Shown here: piece after piece, positions 39,981 through 54,220 of the stretch | How the letters are laid out: the number at the start of each line of letters is the position of its first letter | Position numbering within the stretch: the first letter of the stretch is position 1 | Source: the human T2T-CHM13v2.0 reference genome, Homo sapiens | DNA length: 64,000 nucleotides | NCBI RefSeq assembly: GCF_009914755.1 | Contig: NC_060925.1 | Strand: one strand, 5' to 3' | The notes under the pieces: generated by a model | Databases searched by the model: none | What the model saw: the letters and a program-made list of their open reading frames with translations, nothing else | Told to the model about the DNA's origin: nothing | Translations under genes and position numbers: made by a program

Positions 39981-41101
39981 ACATTCTTTTCTTTCTCTCT
40001 TCATCTAGTAACAAAATATGGTCATAAAAGTGGTTCTATAATCCAGGATGGGTTAAACTTACCATATCATATTGACCATGGGGATCGGTTGGAATAGGCT
40101 TCTATTCCAAGCGTGGACAATCAGATCTCTTCCCTGTGATGGATGTATAGATTCTTGGAGGAAGAACTGGCTCTTCCCAGTGATATTACTAGGAATATAT
40201 GTTAACAGTCTATCTGACCAACAGCTATCTTACCGTAAATGGGAAAAATGCCTATGCTGCAAAGAAGTAAAAAGACAAAAGCTAGCTGGTGATCTTTTGA
40301 AACTCCCCCAACAAAAAAATTGTGACTGATGTTTATTTAAGAATGTTATTCCCAATTATATGAGCCAATAAATGTCCCTTTTCTTTTTTGTTTCAAACTG
40401 TCTAAGAACTAAATTGGATTTTTATTATTTGGCTGTTTACTGCCAAAAGAATCTAGACTAAGAGAGTCTACCAATAATATGACACTCCATATTTTGAAAG
40501 ATGTTGTCTACTATATTGCACTTATTAAGAAACAAGTAATTTGTTTTCCACTTCTTATAACTGAGCAATTTTACATCTATTCTAAACTTCTAATCAGAAT
40601 GAGAAAATTAGAATTACTAATGGAATTAACAGAATTCCAGCCAAAAGGAAAGAAGTACAATGCTTTATTTACTTTTAGAATCCAATCAAAGGTAAAGCAT
40701 ATGACATTTGTTAAGTTTCTCAAAATATTACAATACTTTTAGGACCTGCATGACTTCCCTTAAAGCATCCTAGGTTCCAGAGACCCCATTGTAGAAACTA
40801 TGCTCATAAGAACAAATCTCTCACATAGCACTTACAATATAACAATATAACAGATTATTTACATGTCTATCTTCTATATTAGACCTTGCAATTTTTGAAG
40901 GTAAGGATAGTGGTGCTAGCCATTCCCTAATATCTATTTTTTCCATTCTTCCATATGGCCAGAGCCTCTACTTTTTGGCTGAACATATGGTTATGCACCT
41001 GGCAAGTGGGTATGGTCCTATTATTAAGATCTGGTCAAGGAAGTGTAAGCATGAGTGTTGTGTAAGCATGAAGCTGGAACCTCGCTAAGGGATAGCTGGC
41101 A

Positions 41102-41400
41102 GGCTGGGTGCAGTGGCTCACACCTGTAATCCCAGCACTCTGGGAGGCTGAAGCAGGTGGATTGCCTGAGGTCAGGAGTTCAAGACCAGTCTGGCCAACA
41201 TGGTGAAACCCCATCTCTACTAAAAATACAAAAAAAAAATAGCCGGCATGGTGGCAAGTGCCTGTAATCCCAGCTACTTGGGAGGCTGAGGCAGGAGAAT
41301 TGCTTGAACCAAGGAGGTGAAGTTTCAGTGAGCCGAGATCACACCACTGCACTCCAGCCTGGGCAACAGAGAAAGACTCTGTCTCAAAAAAAAAAAAAAA
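41102..41400 (+). mobile_element. AluS
   Basis: Full dimer plus A-tail. Confidence 0.93.
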
Positions 41401-41974
41401 GTGATAGAGGTTCCATTTAAGAAGTTGGCACAATCCATCCTATCTCCTACTGATTACAGCAAAAATTCCTAGAAAAAAAATTAAAGGAACTATTTGATAA
41501 CTGAAAAATAAATAATGACAGTTAGACTGGGGATGGAAACAAAAACTTGAAGAACATCCCATCTAGCAATAAATTCCTAATTTTTGCTTTATGTGTGTGT
41601 GTGTGTTTGTCATCTCTCCTGGATTACACTCTAGTGTGGCCAAAATCCCAGAATAGTACAACATTCATGGTCAGATAAATCTCTAATAAAAATTCTTTCT
41701 TTCTCCAATTAGAGGAGCAGGCCCCTGCAGGATGGAGCTACAGTAATGAAGCTGCATCTCTACACTTGTGGTGGCAGTGGCGGCAGTGGCACTGAAGGTT
41801 CTTTTCTCTGAATCCTCCACTTCCAGGTAGACCCAATTGAGGGAAGTGCAATGCAACTCAGGGAGGCCAACCGCCTGAATGTCTGGACAGAATACCAGAA
41901 AAAGGTACCTCTGAGAGCCAGAGTGTATGACAGAAATCACAGAGATGAAGAAAGTAGAGAAAGGGATTATTCAA

Positions 41975-44030
41975 ATCTGTATGAAAAATGGCATCCCTAA
42001 AAACTGACAACCTAATGTTACATTGAACGGGGAAAGGCCGGATGCTTTTCTTCTACATTTTGTAACAAGGAAAGGATGACTTCTTTCATCAATACTACTT
42101 ATCACTTTGTCAGAAGTTCTAGCCAATGCAATAAGACAAGAAAAAGAAATAAAAGGCATAATATGGGAACAAAGGAATACAACTCTCTCTACTCCTAGAT
42201 TACTAGATTGTTTATGTAGAAAATCCCAATAAATCTACAAAAAAAGAAATTCTAGAAGTAATTATGAACATTAGGAATGTTGCAGGGAAGAAAATTGGCA
42301 CACAAAAGCCATTTGTGTGTGTGTGTGTATATATATACATATACATATATATGGACAATGAACAATTAAAAACTAAAGAAAAGAAAGATCATTTACAACA
42401 GCTTCAAAAACAAAAAAGAAATACTTAGGGATAAATTTTTGGGAGACAATTCTTCATGAGTATATCACATTATTTTATGTCTTGCAAGCAAGACACTGGC
42501 TACTACTTTTTCCAAACTATCCTTTTAAGGACATTTATATATTTAAGAAATATAAATAATATTTCCAGCAGGATTTTATTGTACATATAGACAAGCTGAT
42601 TCTTAAACCTTATGGAAAGGCAAAGGAACTACACTAGACAAAAATCATTTTGAAAAAGAACAGAGAAGAATTACATTACCCAATTTAAAACTTACTATAA
42701 AGCTATAGTAAACAAAATAGTATGGTATTGATGAAAGGATAGATATAATAGATCAATAGAACAGAATTGGGACTCTAGAAATAAACCCATACACATCAGT
42801 TGAATTGAGTTTTGTCAGAGGTACGAAGACAATTTAATAAAGAATGGATAGTATTTTCAACAAATGTGCTGTAACAATTTTACATTGTATTAGTCACAGT
42901 TATCTAAAGGGAGAGAACTAATAGGATAGATGAACTTATGAAGGGGAATTTATTAGGAGAATTTACTTAGACAATCACAAGGAGGAGCCCCAAAACAGAC
43001 CATCTGCAAGCTGAGGAGCCAGGAAGTCAGTCCAAGTTCCAAAACCTCAAAAGTAGGGAAGCTGATAGTGCAGCCTTCAGTCTGTTGCTGGAGGCCTGAG
43101 AGCCCCTGCCAAATCACTGGTGTCAGTCCAGAGCCCAAAAGCTGAAGAACTTGGAGTATGATGTTTGAGGGCAGAAAGCAACAAGCATGGGAGAAAGATG
43201 GAGGCCAGAAGATCAACCAGTCTGCTCTTTTCATACCTGTTTTTATGCTGGCACCTGATTAGATTGAGGGTGTGTCTGCCTTTCCAAATTGAGGGTGTGT
43301 CTGCCTTTCCACTGACTCAAATGTTAATCTCCTTTGGCAACATGCTCAGACACACCAGGAACAACACTTTGCAGCCTTCAATCCAATCAAGTTGACACTC
43401 AATGTTAACCATCACATATATTATTATACATTGTAGAAAAGAATACAAAATGGTACAGCCACATGGGAAACAATTTGGCCATTTCTTATAATATTAGATG
43501 GATACTTACCCTATGGCCTGGCAATCTTACTCCTATGCCCTTAAGAAAATAATTTATGTTCATAACAAAAACCTGTACATGAATATTCATATCAACATTA
43601 TTTGTAATCAACCCAAACTGGAAAGAAAAAAGAAATATCCTTCAATAGGTGGGTGAATTAGTTGTGAACAGCCACACAATGAAATATTACTCTTCAGTAA
43701 AAAGAAATGAACTATCATTCACACAACAGCATGGATAAATCTCAAATGCATTATGCTACAGGAAAGAATCCAGTACTATATAATTCCATTTATATAATAT
43801 TATTGAAAAGGCAAAATTATGGGGATGGAGAATAGGTCAATTTTAGCTAGGAGTTGGGTGGGTTAGGGAGTGACTCCGAAGGAGCGGCATGAAGGAATTT
43901 GGTGGATTATGGGATTGTTCTGAATCCTATTTATGGTGGTGGTTGCAAAATCTACATATGTATTAAAACGCAAAACTAAACACATAAGTGAACTTTATTG
44001 TATGTAACTAAAACAACCATAACAAAAAGT
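41975..44030 (+). mobile_element. Old L1M ORF2/3' UTR fragments, interrupted by MLT2A
   Basis: gaagttctagccaatgcaataagacaagaaaaagaaataaaaggcat; aaacttactataaagctatagt; aaaatggtacagccac. Confidence 0.8.
42886..43416 (-). mobile_element. MLT2A (ERVL) solo LTR
   Basis: tgtattagtc...ccaatcaagttgacactcaatgttaaccatcaca; TSD tacat/tatat. Confidence 0.88.
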
Positions 44031-44397
44031 AAAAACTGGACAGCTGACACCCCTCCTTTGCCCTTTTACTTTGTCCTAGGAACGTGAATGCCAACTTGGA
44101 CCACGGCGACATAGACGGTGGAAATTACCTGGAAATAGGCAATATGCTGGCTTATTCTTTTAGGGTTTTCAATTCCTAGCAGTCAAAACTATTGTAAATA
44201 ATAGAATCTTTCATTTATGAGTCCCCAATAAGCTCATAAAAGCAGTAGACACATTGTGTGTACTCAATTAATACAAGACAAAGAAGGATTAATTTAATGA
44301 AGTGCTTTCTCTTCATTATCAAAACATTATATTCCTCAGTTTGGACAGTAAAAATATTCTTGGAATGATTTCATCAGTGAGTTGAAAGAGAAGTGCT

Positions 44398-44794
<397 letters not shown>

Positions 44795-45368
44795 TTATAT
44801 CCACGGACCAACCACATCAAATAATCCATTCAACTGTTGTAAAACCATTCAATCTAAGGCAGTAAGACTCTCTCCTGGATGAGATTTCTAGGACTGACTG
44901 GTTAACTATGGGCTGAAGTGTGGAGCTTTCTCTTCTGAACCTGGTTGCAGTTTCATAATCCCCAGAAAGAGTTCCCTACCCATATTTTCCTGGACTGACC
45001 ACCTTAGATTAAAACTGCTGTTTTAGAAACTGTGAGTTCCCAAATCTTCCTGTCTGTTGGAATCTTAAAATCTCTTTCTGCATTGACAAGAATAGGCATA
45101 AATTTAGAGTTGTTTTTGTTTGGAAATAACGTTTGGCCAAATCCTGTAAGCCTAACTTATCATCTTCTTGTGACTTCAATTGAAAGCAACTCAGACCTAA
45201 GCACTTTCTGCAGCAATCAGAAACTGCACTCCACCAATTTTCTTGAAATCCATTTCTTCATTCAATAATCATATATATTCCACAGCAAGGCTTCAATCTG
45301 GAATTTGGAAGCTGGCTCTGGTTTCCTTATGTCTAAGCTGTTTACTACAGTCTTCATCATATATATTA

Positions 45369-45400
45369 TCTCTCTCTCTCTCTCTCTCTCTCACTCTCTA

Positions 45401-45434
<34 letters not shown>

Positions 45435-45462
45435 TCCTGAGAGAGAGACAGAGAGAGAGAGA
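45369..45462. repeat. Compound (TC)n-(CA)n-(GA)n microsatellite
   Basis: Direct observation. Confidence 0.95.
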
Positions 45463-46304
45463 TGGAAACAAGGGTTTGTTTTGGAAACAAGGGTTGTATT
45501 GAATACTTTTTTATATCCCTCTTTGCATCTACTCAGCCCTAGTATTTGCCTGGTAGTTAGTCTGTAATAAACACTAAAAATATTTCTTAAATAACAATTA
45601 AAAAATTGTTATTAAAAAGACTAGAAAAAAGAAATAAATATCATTATGCCAAGTAATAAAAGAAAAGGAAGAAGGAAGTAGCCAAACATTTGCAGCCGTG
45701 CATTTATCAGTTGTTTACCCCTCACTGGGCTTTTGGTCTATGCACAATGATTCCTCTGGCTCCATGGCTACCACTGTACTCTAGAGATCAGGCCTCTTTT
45801 CTAAAACAGATCAAAACCTGATTATAGTTTTGGATAAAAAATCAGAGGAGCACTTTGAGGCCTTAAGGCTTCTGAACTCTGACAACACGAGGATGTTGGA
45901 TCAAAGTGTCACCAGGAGAACACCTATTTCATGTAGAATGAATTAATCCTGGGGAGTTAAAGGTTTTCAGAATTTCTGTATCTGACTCTCCTGACATTAT
46001 TTTAAAGCTTTGATGTAGTTTAGCTGGTTCACTTTTCTGAGTCTATATTCATTTATCACAATGGTTCTTCAATAGCATTTTATGTTAGAAATTTTAACTT
46101 CTGAAAAAATTGAGTTTAGCCTTATTTCTTTTAATGGAAGACATCCAATAAAAATGTATTAATTCAGTCAGTAAATATATGTATATATTGTATGTAAGGC
46201 AAGGTGTTGCAAATAAAAGTACATATACCTACCATCTAGGAATTTACCACCTATTAGTAAAGATAGGATATATACATCAAAAGTTACAATTTGAAAAGCA
46301 CAAT

Positions 46305-48790
46305 AAGAGTTTCTGGTCCCAGTGATGGCATATTAACTTTTATAAGACTAACCTTTACTGCCAAGAACAGCTGACAAGGCTGGATAAAATATGAACCAAA
46401 AAAAAAAAATCTGTTGGAAAACACCAGGGAGCCATCAAGAAACAAGGATATTAGGCACCAAAGTTCTCAGAGGGAAGTGCGAGGAGGTGGGCCTGACATT
46501 TAGTTCTGCGTTTCCCTTCAAAGCACTTGCTGATTTGTAGGCAGCCTCTAGAGCCTGGAAAGCTAACCAACGTTTTTAGCAGTCTCATAAGGATTGGGAG
46601 CAAAATGTTCAAGTTCAAGCCCAACAAAGAAAAGAGGCTCTGGGAAACATTCATAGCTTTTGGTTAAGACCCTTGAAGCTCAATAGAAGAAAGCTAACAA
46701 GATATAAACTAGCCCACATGAATCAACATTCTAATCATCTCAATCTGAAATTGAACTGCCCCCAGCCTAACTGCCTGCCAAGAAAAATTAAACCCTCTCT
46801 GAAAGAAAATAATATCAGCCAGAACCAAATTATTTCTGTATTTTTTCATATATGAAAAAAAACACAAAATCTAAAAAATAAATACATAAAAATCAACTAC
46901 ACAAACTAGTAGAAGAAACAAAGTAAATAGCAGACAATAAGACAATGAACATGAAGCTATGAGAAATATAAATATTGGAGTTATCATATATAAAACAAAA
47001 ATTACTGTGTCTAGTATACTCAAGAAAAAAATACAGTATGATAAAAATTCAGCAGATAACTAAAAAATTAAATAGGAATTCTATAATTGAAAACTTCAAA
47101 AATTGAAAAAAAAGAACTCAATATAAGAGTTTCATAGCCAGCTAGACATAGCTAAAGAGAGGACTAAAGGGTGAACTAAAAGGTAGGTCAGTAGTGAATA
47201 TCTAGGCTGAAGTACAAAAAAAGACTAACATACTTGTTATTGAAGTCTTAGATGAAGTAGACAGTAAGAATATTTATATATGGCCAAGAAATTTTCTAAA
47301 ACAAGAAAACATCAATCCATGGGTTCAAGAAGTACTTTAAATTCTAAGAAGGAAAAATATAAAGAAAACAACACTTAGGCACTTCATACTACAACTGGAA
47401 AAAAAAAACAAGTGCAAAGAGAAAATCTCAAAAGCAACTAGAGGAAAAAAGATACATTAATTTCAAAGAAACAACTATTTTACAGACAGCTGGCTTCTCA
47501 ACAGAAATGATTAAATCAGAAGATAATGTAACACTATCTCCAAAGTTCTCAACCTTGAATTTTATAACTAGCAATGATATTCTATAAATATGAAGTCAAC
47601 ACAAAGAAATTTTCACAGAAATTAATTTTTCACCAGTAAACCTGGGTTGAAATAAATGTCACATAAGATCTTAAGGCATAAGGTAACATGTCACACACAA
47701 CTGGAAACAATGAAATGTAAGAAGCAGTAAAGAGTAATTGAAAGGATATATATGTAAGTAAATATTAATGGCATAAAACAATAGAAATGATAAATTGGTA
47801 GAATTTTAAATATATGTTCAACAGAAATATGACATAATAACTAGTAGGCATGAGTAGGGTAAACCAAGTTAAAGTTTTCCAAATTCCTTATACCATCCAG
47901 GAAATGGTAAAAGTACAAATTTATACTATATTTTAAAGTCAAACATTAATTGTAATCATGAGGTAACCACTAAAAAAATAAATAAAAGATTAAACACCTA
48001 ACAAGCTATCCAAAATGGTAAAATGTAATAATAGGTAGTAATACTTAATCCAAAAGTAATATTTAATCCAACGAAGTATAGATGAAGAAACATACAATAA
48101 AAGGGACAAATACAATTGAAACAGTAAGATGACAGGTTCATATATATATCAATATATCAAGGAAATAAATGAAATAGGTTACATGACAAATAATGACATA
48201 CACAAAATATTCTTTTTATAAGAGATACACCTTAAAGATAAATACACAGAATAGTTGAACATAGAAAAAAACCAGATACACCATGCAAACACCAGTCAAG
48301 AGACAGCTGATATATCTGGACCAATATCAAAGTAGACTTGAAGGCAAAAAAAAAGAATTACTTTTTCATGATAAAATGGCCAATCTATCAAACAGACATA
48401 ACAGTTTTAAATGTGTATTCACCTAATAACAGACCCTCAAAATAAATATACAGAGTGAAAACTGACAGGAATAAAATGAGAAGTGAACAAGTTCACAATC
48501 CTACTGAGAGATTTTAACAAACTATGCTCAGTAACATAGAAAAAGCAATTGAAAAATCAATGTAGCCAAAAGTTGGTTATTTTGAAAAAACAAATATCAA
48601 TAGGCTGTTTTGATTCGTGAGTCTTATCAAGGAACAGAAGATACAAATTGCCAGCATCAAAGATTAAAAGGGGATAACACTGCAGATCTTAGAGATAGTA
48701 AAAAGTTACTTAAAGAATATTATGAGCAGATTAATTCCTATATATTAAACATTTAAGATGAAATGGACAAATTTCCACCAAATGATAATT
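46305..48790 (+). mobile_element. Old L1M 5' region, ORF1 remnant and start of ORF2
   Basis: A-rich; aaagagaaaatctcaaaagcaactagagg; gcttctcaacagaaa; aaagtagacttgaaggcaaaa; ctgagagattttaac. Confidence 0.7.
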
Positions 48791-49012
48791 TATCAGGGAT
48801 CTTGAGCCCCCTCACCCCAGAAAGACAATATAAAAGAGCATTTAGAGGGTGAAGAGAGAATTTGGAGGAAAAACTGTGAAGAAATTTCTTTGGTGAAAGC
48901 TATTGCCCTGTTTGAGTTCTACCTTCTAATTCTAACCCCAGTAAGAAACATCTTAGGAAAGCTTCGAAATTGATTTCCTGATGTGGAGAAAAATGGAGAA
49001 CTGGTGCCTGAC

Positions 49013-49437
49013 CCCTATAGTGTGGATATTTGTCCCCACCCAAATCTCATGTTGAAATGTAGTCCCCATTGGAGCTTGGGGCTAGTGGGAGGTGTTTGGA
49101 TCATGGGGACAGATCCCTCATGAATTGCTTGGGCCATATCCTTGGTGATAAGTGAGCTCTCTGAGTTCCCAGGAGATCTGGTTGTTTAAAAGTGTGCAGC
49201 ACCTCCCCTCCCCCAAGCCCCTCTCTCTCTGTTGCTCCTGCTCTGGGCATGTGATGATGTGCCTGCTCCCCTTCACCTTCTTTCATAAGTAAAAGTTCCT
49301 TGGGGCCTCCCCAGAAGCAGATGCCAGTGCTATGCTTCCTGTACAGCCTGCAAAACTGTAAGCCAATTACACCTCTTTCCTTATAAGTTACTCAGTCTCA
49401 GGTATTTCTTTATAGCAATACAAGAACAGCCTTTACA
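49013..49437 (+). mobile_element. MSTB-like solo LTR
   Basis: ctatagtgtggatatttgtcccc...ctcaggtatttctttatagcaa; perfect TSD ctgac. Confidence 0.9.
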
Positions 49438-49653
49438 CTGACACACCCAAGACAAAAGGGTGTGGACTAGAGTCCGATTCCTAGTGGAAAGATCTGGAGG
49501 ATGAAGAAAGACTCCCTGCCTTCTTTGGTGGCAGGGCCATGAAAGCAAATCTCTACAGTGATATGGCTCCACTCCCACAGCTTCTCAGAGCAAGGGGCCC
49601 ACACAGAATATAGATCCATCAGCCAAGTCTGGCGAACTGCAGGAGAAAGGGAT

Positions 49654-50014
49654 TGTCTTAATCTGCTCTCATGCTGCTTATAAAAACCTACCTGAGACTG
49701 GATAATTTATAAAGAGGTTTAATTGACTCACAGTTCAGCATGGCTGGGGAGGCCTCAGGAAACTTAAAATCATGGTGGAAGGGACAGCAAACAGGTCCTT
49801 CTTCACATAGCAGCAGCAAGGAGAAGTGCCCAGCAAAAGGGGAAAAAGAACCTTATAAAACCATCAGATCTCATGAGAGCTCACTCACTCTCGTGAGAAC
49901 AGCATGAGGGTAAACACCCCATAATGAAATTACCTCCTACTGGGTCCCTCCCACAACATGTGGGGATTATGGGAACTTCATTTCAAGATGAGATTTGGGT
50001 GAAAATCCATATCA
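49654..50014 (-). mobile_element. THE1C/D-like solo LTR
   Basis: tg...ccatatca termini, THE1 body, perfect TSD gggat. Confidence 0.9.
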
Positions 50015-51849
50015 GGGATTCTCTAGAGAACGTTTGAAGAGCTCCATAAGAAGGAGGGCCAGCTGGTTCACATCTCTGAAGCCAACAGACCCAGAAGCCA
50101 TATAGTCAAATAAGAACAGGTTTATTCCCTTACACTTTCTCCCTTCACACAGCCAACCCCAAGACCCCACTGGGAGTCAAATGGCAAAGAAAATGGGAGA
50201 GGAGGTTAGCAGAAGAACAGTAGAGAGTAGAAGGATCTAACCTGAAGCCAGGAAGAAGATCTGGGGAAACAGAGGAGATGTGACTGCTAAATAATATTTA
50301 GATCATTGAGTGTTACATGAGACAAAACATTTTAATTTCTGAATTGAAGCTTATTTTTGACATAGGTGACCACATTATATTACCTGAAAATGAACAGAAA
50401 AGTTGGTGCCTGTCAAAGTCTTCATCTTAAGACAGACGGAAAATCACCTCCATTTAATAAAGTTTAAAGGGATTGTAGGAGACACAAGTGTGTGCTGATC
50501 ATAATTTTAAATTGCTTGTTCAATATAATAGTCACAGAGGATGATGATGACAGCTAAGATGGAAGAAAATGTAGAAACCTCAATGATCTGTGTATGGTGA
50601 GTTACCTATAACAAATAGGTAACAAAAATTAGAAGTAGTCAGGGATAGTCAAATGACATGAACTTCATAGAAAGAATAAATTTTGCCAAAATGTTGAAGA
50701 ATAGTAGGCTGGTCCCATATGAAGGCCAGCTCCACCTCACAGTCAAAAGTTAAGTGGAGAACAGTGGCAGGGGCACATAGAAAGAAGAGAGAGAATGAGC
50801 AGCATCTGGCAGCCCATGGCTATACTTACCAATCCAACCCTCTCTGTGGTTTTCAAAAGACCTTGACCTTTAATCTAAAATTGGTATCTGTGCTGGAATC
50901 CTGTGTGGGAAATTGGTAAGCTGAGAACCTACATGGGTTCCAGGTCTGAACTTTTCAATCAGCCCCAACCTCTGTGGTCAATCTGTTGGCCTGGCTTCAG
51001 GCCAAGGCATCTGATTCCCACCCACTCATCCTGGGATTAGGTCCCTGTCCTGAAATGCTGCCCAATTATAAATTCCTCTCAAGACATTACCATGGCACTA
51101 CTGTCAGCAATCTTTATTTTCTTTGGAAGAACCCTCTGAAGCACAACTCAGATATCACAAGACACTAAGAGCCAGTACAGCCAGAAATCTTCACTACCAG
51201 GTTCTGAGTTCTTCACAGATGGAACTCCTTAGAAAATAATACGGCCCCAGATTGGATTAGACTTGGCTTGGGACCACGTGATTTGTGATCTTCCCTAAGG
51301 AAGGCTCTCTCGGATTGCTCAGTTTTCCTTATCCTTCCCCTATGTCACCCTTAGCTCATATTCCCCACTCCTTCCCCATGGGAATTGTTGGCATGCAAAT
51401 AAATACCATGACTACCCCTCAGAAAACCACAAGAAAATCTTTGTGGACAGGAGGAAGTGACCCTGTGGTTAACGTAAAAAATTGACAGGAGCTCTTTAAG
51501 GAAAGATGATGGATGAGTATAGGAGGTTCTCAAGCACAAGTCCCTAGGGGTGTTAAACAGGTGTTTAATTTATAATTTATTAAACTTTACATTGATGTGC
51601 CCTGCACTTTTTGTATGGGTATTGTATTTAACAAAAAAATATAGTTTTTAAGAAAGAGTGCGGAAAAATTTCTTGATAATAACCTGACATGGTGGAAAGG
51701 AAGATCAAGAGAAGAACAGTTGGTGAAAGTAAGGGATGGGAAAGATAAGTGATGAGTTTAGGGGAGGAGAAGGTGCTATTAGTAAGTAAAACAAATAAAA
51801 AGAGCAAGAACTTTAAAAGTGTCTATTATTTCAAGTATAAAGATTTCTG

Positions 51850-52005
51850 GGTCCTCTATTTTAATCCTCATGTTAAGTGCTATCATTACCCATTTACAAA
51901 TGAAGAAATGAGGTTCAAAGAGGTTAACTATGTTGCTCAAGGACACAATGCTAATAAGCAACTAAATACAATTGTATTCCAGGCTGACCCCAAAGGCTGA
52001 GCTCT
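51850..52005 (-). mobile_element. MIR
   Basis: cccatttacaaatgaagaaatgaggttcaaagaggttaa. Confidence 0.7.
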
Positions 52006-52350
52006 TTTCAAGTTATCAGAAAGCATAAGGTCTTCGGGTAGAAGTAAGAAGGCAGTTGGAGGAGCATAAGAAAATCAAGCTAGAACTTTGACACAAACTT
52101 GTTTCAACAGCCCAGTCTACCACAGCCGGAGTCCAGAGTATCCTGTAGGCTTCTGATTTTCTCAGATGCTGGTTCTCCTGCTTCAAATGCTCAGACTTGC
52201 CAGAGTCTGAGAGCTATTACCACCGTATGATCACAAGAAGACTTGCAATATGTAAAAGATGAGTGAAGCGGCAAAGGGAATGGGAATTGCAGATGACCTG
52301 AGAATAATGTTCAATAGGTAAGCAAAGCAGAGGGTCAAGAGGCAGGGACT

Positions 52351-54220
52351 AATACTTAGGTATAAATCTAACGAAACATGTTCAAGATCTATATGATGAA
52401 AACTGCACAACTCTGATGAAAGAAATGAAAGACTAAATAAATGGAGAAATTATTCCATGTTCACAGATAGGATGACCCAATAGTGTCAAGATGTCTGTTC
52501 TTGTCAACTTGATATATAGATTCAATGAAATCTCCCCAATTGATATTTTGTGGATATCAACAAAATAATTCCAAAGTTTATATGGAAGCAAAAGACCTAG
52601 AATAGTCACCGTGATATTGAGTTAAAGGAATAAATTTGAAGCACTGACATTACCCAACTTCGATACTTACTATAAGACTACAGTTATCAAGATTGTGTAG
52701 TATTGGTAAAAATAAACAAAGAGAAGAATGGAATAGAATAGAGAGTCCAGAAATAGGCCCACATGAATATATTCAACTGATCTTTGACAAAGGAACAAAG
52801 GCAACACAAAGAAGGAAAGAAAGTCCTTTCAACAAATGGTGCTGGAACAACTGGACATTTACATGCAAAAAAATCAATCTAGACACAAGCCTTACACCCT
52901 TCACATAAAATAACTCAGAATGAATCACAAACCTGAATGTGGAATGAAAAACTATAAAACTCCTAGAACATGAGATAGGGGAGAATCTAGATGACCTTGG
53001 ATTTGGCAATGACCTTTTTGATATAACACCAAAGGCACACTTCATGAAAGGAAGAATGAATAAGATGGACTTTATTAGAGTTAAAATTTCTGCTCTGTGA
53101 AAGGCACTGTCAAAAGAATAAAAAGACAAGGCACTGATTAGGAGAAAATATTTGTAAAAGACACATCTTCTAAAGGATTGTTATCTAAAATACACAAAGA
53201 ACTTTTAGAAGTCCACAATAAGGAAACAAAAAACAGATGAAAAAATGAACCAAAGCCCTTAATGGACACCTTGCCAAAGAAGATATGCAGATGGTAAATA
53301 AGCATATGAAAATATGTTCCACATCTTATGTCGTCAGGGAAATGCAAATCAAAACAACAAGACACCACTCATAGTGGTATACTTAGTAGAATGGTCAAAA
53401 TTCAGAAGACTGACACTAAATTCTGGGAAGGATTTTGAGCAACAGGAACTCTCATTCATTGCTGGTTGGAATGCAAAATAATATAGCCACTTTGGAAGAC
53501 AGTTTAGTGGTTTCTTACAAACGTAATATACTTTTATCACACAATCCAGCAATCATGCTTCTTGGCATTTACCCAGGTTGAAAACTATGCCCACATAAAA
53601 ACTCACACATGGAGTTTTATAGCAACTTTATTTATAATTGTCAAAACTTGGAAGAAGCCAAGACATCCTAGGTGAGTGGGATAAATAAACTGTGGTACAT
53701 CCATACAATGGAATTTTATTCAGCACTAAAAAGACATGAGTTATCAAGCCATGAAAAGGCATGGAAGGACCTTAAATGCAAATTATTAAGTGAAAGAAAC
53801 CAATCTGAAAAGTCTACATGACGTGTGATTCCAAATGTATGACGTTCTGGAAAAGGCAAAACTATGAAGACAGTAAAAAGATGAGTGGTTGCCGAGGGTT
53901 AAGGGGAAAGAGGGACAAGTAAGTGGAGCACAGAGGACTTTTAGGGCAGTGAAGCTACTGTGCGTGATACTATAATAGTGAAGACATGTCATGGTACATT
54001 AGTCCAAATCCACACAATGTACAACACCAAGAGTGAACCCTAATGTAACTTATGGACTCTGGGTGATAATGATGTTAACAAATGTACCATTCTGGTAGGG
54101 AATTTTGATAATGGGAGAGGTTGTGCATTAGTAGGAGCAACAGGTATATGGGAAACCTCTGTACCTTCCACTCAATTTTGCTGTGAACCTAAAACAGCAC
54201 TAGAAAATAAAGTATATTTT
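52351..54220 (+). mobile_element. L1MC-like ORF2 3' end and 3' UTR
   Basis: Degenerate ORF2 (track: WNRIESPEIGPHEYIQLIFDKG..FNKWCWNNW); 3' UTR caccaagagtgaaccctaatgtaa...aataaagt. Confidence 0.88.

Noticed and set aside
41035-41433. Alu-spanning ORFs (also 6550, 29624, 44534, 55674)
   Set aside because: Typical antisense Alu translations.
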